From NCBI GenBank assembly GCA_037446815.1, contig JBBIHX010000010.1, forward strand, positions 1 to 40,847: a stretch of 40,847 nt of DNA. Direction: 5' to 3'. This document shows positions 34,329-40,847 of the stretch, piece after piece; the first letter of the stretch is position 1; every line of letters begins with the position of its first letter. Source of the DNA: Caldilineae bacterium. Its GTDB lineage: Bacteria; Chloroflexota; Anaerolineae; DTLA01. Under the pieces are notes generated by a model. That model was not told the DNA's origin. It was given only the letters and a program-made list of their open reading frames with translations, and ran no database searches. A program made the translations under genes and the position numbers.

Positions 34329-35981
34329 ATGTCGGAACATCGGGGCCGACCGGAAGAGATCACAGAGGCCTACTACCGCGGGCTGATGCACGCGGTGGGC
34401 TACCGCAAGCAGGACCTGGACAAGCCGCAGATCGCGGTGGTGAACTCGTGGACGGATGTCAACCCGGGCCACGTGCCGCTCAAGGACCTCGCCCAGCGAG
34501 TGAAAGAGGGCATCTGGGCGGCGGGCGGCTCGCCCGGGGAGTTCAACGTGCCCGCGCCGTGCGACGGGATGGCGCAGGGGCCGGGGCAGCATTTCATCCT
34601 GCCGCAGCGCGACCTCATCGCAGGTTCCATTGAGGCGATGGTGCGCGCCCACGGGTTCCAGGGCATGGTGATGCTGGCGTCGTGCGACAAGATTATCCCC
34701 GGCATGGTGATGGCCGCCATCCGCCTGAATATCCCGACGCTGTTCCTAACGGCGGGGGCCATGATGCCGTACCGCATGGGCAATCGCACGGTCGTTACGT
34801 CTGACCTGAAGGAGGCTATCGGCAAGCGGCGAACGGGCGAGATAGACGACGCCACCTTTGAGGATTGGCAAGAGCATTTCTGCGCGTCGTGCGGCACTTG
34901 CTCCATGATGGGCACCGCCAACACCATGGGGTGTTTCCTCGAGGCGACGGGCCTCGCGCCGTTCGGTTCGGCGACCATGCTGACGTTTGACGCGGCGAAG
35001 TGGCGTCAGGCGCGAGATGTGGGCGAGCGCATCGTGGCCCTGGTGCGCGAGCGCCGACCCTTCGGGGAGTTCTTCAACCGCGCCAGTCTGGAGAACGGCA
35101 TCAAGTATATCTCGGCGTCGGGCGGGTCCACCAATGCGATTCTGCACACGCTGGCGTTCGCGTCGCTGATGGGCGCTGACCTGGACTTGGCGGCCTTTGA
35201 CCGCTTGCAAGCCTCGGTGCCGCTGGTGGCGAAGTTCAAGCCGTCGGCGCAGTACAACATGGACGACTACCACGCGGCAGGCGGGGTGCGCGCTCTGCTG
35301 GGCGTCATCCGCGACTGGCTGGATCTGAGCGTGCCGATGGCGATGGGCGGGACGCTGGGCGAGTCGCTGCGGGCTGCGCCGGGGCCCGATGGCGTGGTGA
35401 TTCGGTCGGCGTCGGAGCCGCTGGCGCCCGATGGCTGCTTCGGGATCCTGCGGGGGAATCTGGCCCCGCTGGGGTCTGTGGTCAAGAAGAGCGGGGTGGA
35501 GCCCAGCATGCTGGTGCACCGAGGCCCCGCGGTGGTCTTTGACTCCGAGGAAGATGTGCGCGAGTTCATGCTGACGAAAGAGGTGCGCCCTGGGTCGGTG
35601 CTCGTGGTGCGGTACGAGGGGCCGAAGGGCGGCCCGGGGATGCGGGAACTGTCCATCCCGGCGGCCATGCTCGTGGGGATGGGGTTGCACACGTCGGTGG
35701 CGATGATTACCGATGGCCGCTTCTCGGGCGCGACGCGGGGCCCGTGCGTGGGGCACATCTGCCCGGAGGCGTGGGACGGCGGGCCTCTGGGGTATGTGCG
35801 CGATGGCGACATGATAGAAATCAACGTGCCCGAAAGCCGGCTGAACCTGATGATTCCGGATGAGGAATTGCGCGACCGGCAGAAGTTGCCGCCGGCAAAG
35901 CCGAATCATCCGGCTCCGGGTGTGCTGGCTGCGTACCGCGAGCGGGTGCGCGGCGCGGAAGTGGGCGCGGTGTGGTTGTAG
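34329..35981 (+). CDS. IlvD/Edd-family dihydroxy-acid or sugar-acid dehydratase (second paralog)
   Basis: [59 protein letters not shown]. Confidence 0.9.
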   Translation: MSEHRGRPEEITEAYYRGLMHAVGYRKQDLDKPQIAVVNSWTDVNPGHVPLKDLAQRVKEGIWAAGGSPGEFNVPAPCDGMAQGPGQHFILPQRDLIAGSIEAMVRAHGFQGMVMLASCDKIIPGMVMAAIRLNIPTLFLTAGAMMPYRMGNRTVVTSDLKEAIGKRRTGEIDDATFEDWQEHFCASCGTCSMMGTANTMGCFLEATGLAPFGSATMLTFDAAKWRQARDVGERIVALVRERRPFGEFFNRASLENGIKYISASGGSTNAILHTLAFASLMGADLDLAAFDRLQASVPLVAKFKPSAQYNMDDYHAAGGVRALLGVIRDWLDLSVPMAMGGTLGESLRAAPGPDGVVIRSASEPLAPDGCFGILRGNLAPLGSVVKKSGVEPSMLVHRGPAVVFDSEEDVREFMLTKEVRPGSVLVVRYEGPKGGPGMRELSIPAAMLVGMGLHTSVAMITDGRFSGATRGPCVGHICPEAWDGGPLGYVRDGDMIEINVPESRLNLMIPDEELRDRQKLPPAKPNHPAPGVLAAYRERVRGAEVGAVWL

Positions 35982-36100
35982 CGTGCGGCAGTGCGGTTGG
36001 GAGTTCATGATGAGGAGGGAGGTGATAGGATTTCACGTAGTGTCAGGCTGAATCGGCAACTTGGACAAGGATTATTCAAGCGAAAGGAAGGTGACAAGGT

Positions 36101-36997
36101 ATGTCTGGAGGCGAGTTCTATCGCGCAAGCAGTGTGCAAGAAGCCCTAGACCTGCTCGCCAAGTTCGGGGCCAAGGCCCACGTGCTGGCCGGCGGCACCG
36201 ACATTATGGTGAAAGTCAACCGCCGTCAACTTGCACCAGAGGTCCTCGTGTACATTGGCGAGTGTGGTCTGAACTACATCAAGGACATGGGGGACAAAGT
36301 GGTTATCGGAGGCGCGACCCCCTTCGCGGAGATTCTCCGGTCTCCCGTTGTGAAGCAGAAACTGCCGCTGCTGGCGGAGGCCGTCGCGCACATTGGAACC
36401 CCCGCGATTCGGAATGTGGGCACCATCGGCGGCAACCTGGTAACGGCATCGCCCGCGGCAGACTCCTCGGTGCCTCTCCTGGCGCTGGGCGCGTCGGTGA
36501 AACTGGCGTCCAAGTCCGGCGAGCGCGTCGTGCCGCTGGAGTCCTTCTTCAAGGGTCCAGGCGAGACCGTTCGCAAGCCCGATGAGTTGCTGGTGGAGGT
36601 CATCATCCCCGTGCCCGACAAGGACGTGAAGTTTGCTTACCACAAGATCGGGCGGAGGAAGGCGGGCACGCTGTCGGTGGTAGCGGGCGCTGTGGTGTTC
36701 AAGGCCGAGGGTGCAGCGCCGCGCGGGACGGCTATTGCGCGCGACCAGGCTTGCTACTTTGAGAAGTGCACCCAGGCGCGCATCGTGCTGAACGCTGTCG
36801 CCCCAACGCCCCTTCTCGCGAAGAAGGCATCGGCTCTGCTGGAAGGGAGCGCCTTGGATGCCGAACTGATCGCCAAAATCGCCAAAACCGCTGCCGAGGA
36901 GACCTCGCCCATTGACGACGTGCGCGCCTCTGCGTGGTACCGGCGCCAGGCCAGCGAGGGGCTTGTCAAGAGCCTCCTTGAGCGGATTGTAGCGTAG
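36101..36997 (+). CDS. Mo-hydroxylase FAD-binding subunit (NdhF/CoxM-like)
   Basis: LAGGTD, IRNVGTIGGNL.TASPAADS, PIDDVRASAWYR. Confidence 0.92.
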   Translation: MSGGEFYRASSVQEALDLLAKFGAKAHVLAGGTDIMVKVNRRQLAPEVLVYIGECGLNYIKDMGDKVVIGGATPFAEILRSPVVKQKLPLLAEAVAHIGTPAIRNVGTIGGNLVTASPAADSSVPLLALGASVKLASKSGERVVPLESFFKGPGETVRKPDELLVEVIIPVPDKDVKFAYHKIGRRKAGTLSVVAGAVVFKAEGAAPRGTAIARDQACYFEKCTQARIVLNAVAPTPLLAKKASALLEGSALDAELIAKIAKTAAEETSPIDDVRASAWYRRQASEGLVKSLLERIVA

Positions 36998-37012
36998 AAA
37001 GGGGTGGCTTCC

Positions 37013-37477
37013 ATGTACACACTGGAACTGAAAGTGAACGGTCGGGCATACAAGGTAGAGGTGAAGGCCACGACGACTCTGCTGCAGGTGCTGCGGGAGA
37101 AGTTGGGCATCACCGGCCCGAAGGTCGGCTGCGAGACGGGCGATTGCGGCGCGTGCTCGGTCTTGGTGAACGGCAAGTTGGTCAAGGCCTGCATCACCAA
37201 CGCGCTCACCGTGCACGGCAAAGAGGTGCTGACGGTTGAAGGGCTTGGGCGACCTGGGGCGTTCCATCCGTTGCAGTTGGCATTCCATGAGCATTACGCA
37301 GCCCAGTGCGGTTTCTGCACGCCGGGGATGCTGATGGCAGCCAAGGCGCTCCTGGACGAGAATCCGAAGCCGACCCGCGATGAGGTGAGAGAGGCCCTGT
37401 CCGGTAACCTCTGCCGCTGCACGGGCTACGTCAAGATCGTGGATGCCATCATGGCCGCAGCGGGCGAGAAGGCCTAG
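37013..37477 (+). CDS. Mo-hydroxylase 2x[2Fe-2S] subunit (NdhS/CoxS-like)
   Basis: GCETGDCGACSV..AC, QCGFCTPG, GNLCRCTGY. Confidence 0.93.
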   Translation: MYTLELKVNGRAYKVEVKATTTLLQVLREKLGITGPKVGCETGDCGACSVLVNGKLVKACITNALTVHGKEVLTVEGLGRPGAFHPLQLAFHEHYAAQCGFCTPGMLMAAKALLDENPKPTRDEVREALSGNLCRCTGYVKIVDAIMAAAGEKA

Positions 37478-37492
37478 AAAGGAGAGGATCCA

Positions 37493-38797
37493 ATGGCGCT
37501 GAATGTAGTTGGACAAAGAGTGAAGCGGTACGACGGCCTGGCTCACGTAGCGGGCGAGACGCGCTTCGTGGATGATGTCATCGTACCGGGTACGCTGGTT
37601 GTCAAGGGCCTCCGCAGCCCGGTGCCAAAGGGCAAAATCAAGGGGCTGGACGTTAGCGCGGCGGAGAAGGTCCCGGGCGTGGTGGCCGTCATGACCCACA
37701 AGGATGTCCCCAATAACCGCTACGGGTGGGGCGGCGACCAGTACGTGCTTGCCGAAGACCACGTGCGGTACAAAGGCGAGTTGATCGCCGTTGTGGCGGC
37801 AGAGGATGAGGATGCGGCCCTGGAAGCCGTGGACAAGATGAAGTTGACCATTGAGGAAGAGGAGCCGGTGTTTGATCCGCTGGAGGCGATGAAACCCGGC
37901 GCGCCGAAGGTACGGCCCGAGGGCAACATCTTCATGTACGGCGATAGCCCGTGCCGCAAGATCATCTTCGGCGACATCAACGAGGGGTTCAAGAAGGCCG
38001 ACATCATCGTGGAGGGCAAGTACCACCACCAAGGCCTGAAGCACGCGCAGATGGAGCCCCACGTATCGTTGGCGGTGCCCGAGGCCACGGGCCGGCTGAC
38101 GATCTACACCGTCAGCCAGGCGATGTACTTCCACCTGACCTGGGTATGCAACATCGTTGGGCTTCCCATGAGCAAGGTGCGGATGATCGGCGGCACCGTT
38201 GGCGGCGGGTTTGGCTCCAAGAACGACGTGCACGCCGACCACATTACGGCGCTCCTGGCGCTGAAGACCGGCCGGCCGGTGAAGTGGCGGTGGACGCGCG
38301 AGGAGGACCTGTTGTTCTCCACCTTCCGCGGCTCCTGGGATATGGAGTTCAAGGACGGCGTAACCCGGGATGGACGACTCGTTGCCCGCCGGGTGAAGAG
38401 CATCCGCGACTCCGGCGCGTACACCTCGCTGAACGCCTACGTGGTGGACAAGCACTGCTTCCTCGTGGCGGGGCCTTACTTCATCCCCAACGTCTACGTG
38501 GAAGGGTACTGCGTGTACACGAACAAGCCGCCCGCCAGTTCCATGCGCGGGTTCGGCATCACGCCGGCCACCTACGCGGGCGAGATGCAGATGAACAAGA
38601 TCGCCGAGGCGCTGGGCATGGATCCGTGGGAACTGCGTTTCAAGAACGCGTTCCGCGAGGGCGAGATGACGGCGACGCAGCGTGTGCTGGATTCGGTTGC
38701 GCTGATTGAGACGATGCAGGCGCTGGCCGGACTGGTGGGCAAGGCCCTGCCGCCTCACTTGAAGGCGATGACCTCAACGCAGAAGAGGGAGGGGTAG
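37493..38797 (+). CDS. Mo-hydroxylase molybdopterin subunit, N-terminal half (NdhL-like)
   Basis: HAQMEP, SQ, VGGGFGSK, GRPVK...TREE, GAY, GPY, SMRGFG, ALGMDP.ELR..N; ends at 434 aa. Confidence 0.9.
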   Translation: MALNVVGQRVKRYDGLAHVAGETRFVDDVIVPGTLVVKGLRSPVPKGKIKGLDVSAAEKVPGVVAVMTHKDVPNNRYGWGGDQYVLAEDHVRYKGELIAVVAAEDEDAALEAVDKMKLTIEEEEPVFDPLEAMKPGAPKVRPEGNIFMYGDSPCRKIIFGDINEGFKKADIIVEGKYHHQGLKHAQMEPHVSLAVPEATGRLTIYTVSQAMYFHLTWVCNIVGLPMSKVRMIGGTVGGGFGSKNDVHADHITALLALKTGRPVKWRWTREEDLLFSTFRGSWDMEFKDGVTRDGRLVARRVKSIRDSGAYTSLNAYVVDKHCFLVAGPYFIPNVYVEGYCVYTNKPPASSMRGFGITPATYAGEMQMNKIAEALGMDPWELRFKNAFREGEMTATQRVLDSVALIETMQALAGLVGKALPPHLKAMTSTQKREG

Positions 38798-38799
38798 AG

Positions 38800-39792
38800 A
38801 TGAAGAAGAGAGGAGTTGGACTGGCTGTTGGGCTCTATCCTACCGGCATGAGCGGCGGCGGCGACTCCAGCCAGGCAGTGGTGAAGGTGAAACCCGATGG
38901 CAGCGTGGACCTCATCCTGACCTCGGTGGACATCGGCCAGGGCTGCAAGACGGTGCTGGCGCAGATTGCCGCGGAGGAACTCGGCGTGCCCTACGACCGA
39001 GTGGATGTGGTGAACGATGACACGGACACCGGCCCGCTGTGCTTCGGCACTTTTGCCAGCCGCGTTACCTTCGTAGCCGGCAACGCCACGAAAGAGGCGG
39101 CCCGAGAGGCGAAGCAGATTCTGTTCAGCGTGGCTGCGGACAAACTGGAAGCGTCGCCGGATGACCTGGAAGCGGCGAATGGCAAGATTTACGTGAAGGG
39201 CGCGCCCGAGCGTTCGGTGGACATCGGAGCGATTGCCGGCGAAGCCACGTTTGGCCTGCGCAAGGTCATCGTGGGCCGCGGGCACTACATGCGCACGCCT
39301 TCGGCTCCCGACCCGGCCACCGGCAAGACGGACCCGTTCGCCACGCTGGCGTGGGCAGCCGTGCAGGCCGAGGTGGAGGTTGACACGGATACCGGCGAGG
39401 TTACGGTGCTTCGCCTGGACTGCGCCTACGACGTGGGCCGGGCAGTGAACCCACTGCTGCTGGAGGGGCAGATTGAAGGCGGCGCGGGCATGGGCGTGGG
39501 GGCGGCTCTGATGGAGCAACTGTACCCCTACAAGTCGCCCGTCAAGTTCCCGGCCGAGACCTTCGGCGACTACGTGATCCCCACTGCGGTGGACGTTCCG
39601 GATATCCGCACGGTCATCTACGAATGCCCGTCCACCAATGGGCCTTTCGGCGCGAAGGGCATCGGCGAGATGACGGCGAACGCGCCGAGCCCGGCGATCG
39701 TGGCTGCGATCCACGATGCTATCGGCGTCTGGATTGACGAACTGCCGATAACGCCGGAGAAGGTGCTGCGCGCCCTGCAGGCGAAGGGCTAG
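38800..39792 (+). CDS. Mo-hydroxylase molybdopterin subunit, C-terminal half (NdhM-like)
   Basis: MKKRG.G start, DIGQG..T..AQIAAEELG, GTFASR, DVGRAVNP..EGQIEGG, GPFGAKGIGE (catalytic Glu), LPITPEKV. Confidence 0.9.
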   Translation: MKKRGVGLAVGLYPTGMSGGGDSSQAVVKVKPDGSVDLILTSVDIGQGCKTVLAQIAAEELGVPYDRVDVVNDDTDTGPLCFGTFASRVTFVAGNATKEAAREAKQILFSVAADKLEASPDDLEAANGKIYVKGAPERSVDIGAIAGEATFGLRKVIVGRGHYMRTPSAPDPATGKTDPFATLAWAAVQAEVEVDTDTGEVTVLRLDCAYDVGRAVNPLLLEGQIEGGAGMGVGAALMEQLYPYKSPVKFPAETFGDYVIPTAVDVPDIRTVIYECPSTNGPFGAKGIGEMTANAPSPAIVAAIHDAIGVWIDELPITPEKVLRALQAKG

Positions 39793-39803
39793 ACCACGAC
39801 AGG

Positions 39804-39839
39804 CCATCGGGGGTCTGACGCGTGTTGGGCCCCCGATGG
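39804..39839 (+). terminator. Hairpin after the Mo-hydroxylase genes
   Basis: CCATCGGGGGTCTGAC / GTTGGGCCCCCGATGG, 16-bp stem with G-U pairs. Confidence 0.5.
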
Positions 39840-40077
39840 GACAAAGCCCGGAAGTTGCTTCAACCAAGGGCGGCGTATAACGGGCAACTTTTCCAACGTT
39901 AGAAACTTTTCCATCGGTTCGGTGTTACGGAGAGTAGACAGAAACCACAGGGTTCGGGTGCGCGGTGGCCAAAGGGAGAGGCGGCTGTGCAGGCGGTGAA
40001 AGCCACGGGGCCAAGTCGCTCGGGTGATCCAAATCGTTCGGTATCCGACTGATTGAAACTGTGAGGAGGGAAAACAG

Positions 40078-40593
40078 ATGGGTCCGATTATCCTGCTTCT
40101 GGCGGCGTTCATTTTCATAGTGGACGCGGCGTTCCTGTTCGGTAAGGCTGACCCGAAGGGCACCGGCGTTGCGAACGTGGCTGTAGGCGTCATCATGAAC
40201 GCCTGCGGGCTTCAACTCGGGTTCACGGCCGGTGGCAACTCGTTCCTCATGATCCTGTGCGGCCTGACCATGGCCTTCAGCCTGTTCTACATCATCCTGG
40301 GGTGGTGCTTGCTGGCTGGCTACGATCTGAAGGCGCTGGGATGGGCCTGCCTGGGCGCGGCGCTGTTCACGCTCCTGTCGGCGGTCTTCTTCTTCGGCCT
40401 GGGCACCACGGGGAACACGATTCTGGGTGTCTTCGCGTTGACCTGGGCCACGCTGTTCGCGACGGCTTGGCTGAACCTGTCGTTCGGGACCAAGTGGGCG
40501 GGCGTGCTGGTCAAGTGGATTCTGGTGGTGGACTCGCTGATTACGCTCATGATCCCCGCCTACCTTCTCATCACGGGTGGCTGGCCCGCCTAG
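40078..40593 (+). CDS. AmiS/UreI-family amide/urea channel
   Basis: 171 aa with about six TM helices; N-terminal LL......D...L.GK.DPK...V.N..VG, F.L.Y, DLKALGW.C, W..L..W pattern; strong RBS GAGGAGGG. Confidence 0.75.
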   Translation: MGPIILLLAAFIFIVDAAFLFGKADPKGTGVANVAVGVIMNACGLQLGFTAGGNSFLMILCGLTMAFSLFYIILGWCLLAGYDLKALGWACLGAALFTLLSAVFFFGLGTTGNTILGVFALTWATLFATAWLNLSFGTKWAGVLVKWILVVDSLITLMIPAYLLITGGWPA

Positions 40594-40774
40594 TTGTAGG
40601 GCGCTTTGCAGGAGCACGAAGCGGCCTCTCCCGGGTTGTTGTGAGTGCTCGGCACCCAATTGCAGCGGGGCTTGTCGGATGGTAACGGCAAGCCCCGCTG
40701 GACCTGGTTGCACCGCGTGCTGGTGAACTGCACCTACACTCTCATCGTGCGTCGTTGTGGGCGCAGCGAAGCAA

Positions 40775-40847
40775 GGTCGCCCGACCTCGTCCCTACAGTG
40801 CCCCGCTCCGCTCGCGGAGGAGGGGGATGCTGAAGACCAGGGGTGAG
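40775..40847. repeat. REP-like sequences at the window end, including a partial copy of the 21.7-22.0 kb unit
   Basis: GGGGGATGCTGAAGACCAGGGGTGAG resembles GGGGAAGCGGAAGGCCAGGGGTGAGG (~21830-21855); CCTCGTCCCTAC is a GTAG-type REP end on the minus strand. Confidence 0.5.

Noticed and set aside
36705..36770. ~15-aa insert with Cys in the FAD subunit as an HcrB-type [4Fe-4S] loop
   Set aside because: Only two Cys and the wrong position; treated as a surface loop.
37493..39792. Aerobic CO dehydrogenase (CoxL), or a frameshifted/Sec-readthrough large subunit
   Set aside because: The active-site loop is SMRGFG, not AYRCSFR or AYRGAGR. The first ORF ends in TAG and the second has its own RBS and an NdhM-like MKKRG start, so the split looks natural.
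39833..39854. GGGACAAAGCCCGGAAG resembling the 3' end of a ykkC/guanidine-I riboswitch
   Set aside because: The 5' half (CUAGGGUUCCG..GGUCCGAG) is absent and the preceding sequence is a simple hairpin.
39929..40050. GGAGAGTAGA (THF riboswitch-like start) and GGCCAAAGGGAG (tRNA-Tyr D-arm-like)
   Set aside because: No CGUUAAGUG or closing CCGCU for THF, and no cloverleaf or correctly spaced T-arm for a tRNA.

Overview
High-GC bacterial window with every credible gene on the + strand. Pro/Thr-linker lipoproteins and a PVRGFGKVW..LGWA domain suggest an anaerobic Chloroflexota (Anaerolineae-like) host, by inference only. Left to right: (1) a 1196-aa beta-propeller/Asp-box surface lipoprotein; (2) a Wood-Ljungdahl locus, fchA-folD-fhs, then HMA-like protein-cooS-acsB-CBS protein-acsD-small membrane protein-acsC-acsV-acsE, with no cooC/acsF or metF/metV in the window; (3) a module of 3-hydroxyacid dehydrogenase, beta-keto acid cleavage enzyme, IlvD and an UlaG-like lactonase; (4) a multi-PAS histidine kinase and OmpR-family regulator; (5) a long catabolic operon of ferredoxin, AOR, MoaD, an atypical LarA homolog, a DUF6282-like amidohydrolase, a beta-hydroxyacid dehydrogenase, a second IlvD/Edd dehydratase and a four-subunit NdhFSLM-like Mo-hydroxylase, followed by an AmiS/UreI channel. 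Intergenic DNA holds several REP-like palindrome families, a ~145-bp tandem array with terminal inverted repeats, clear sigma70 promoters with candidate operators, and a ~475-nt structured leader ending in a terminator before fchA. The best candidates for undescribed biology are the AOR/LarA-like/NdhFSLM-like operon, the His-His HMA protein in a CODH/ACS operon lacking the usual Ni-insertion ATPase, and the fchA leader. All family calls come from motif recognition by eye; no database search was run.
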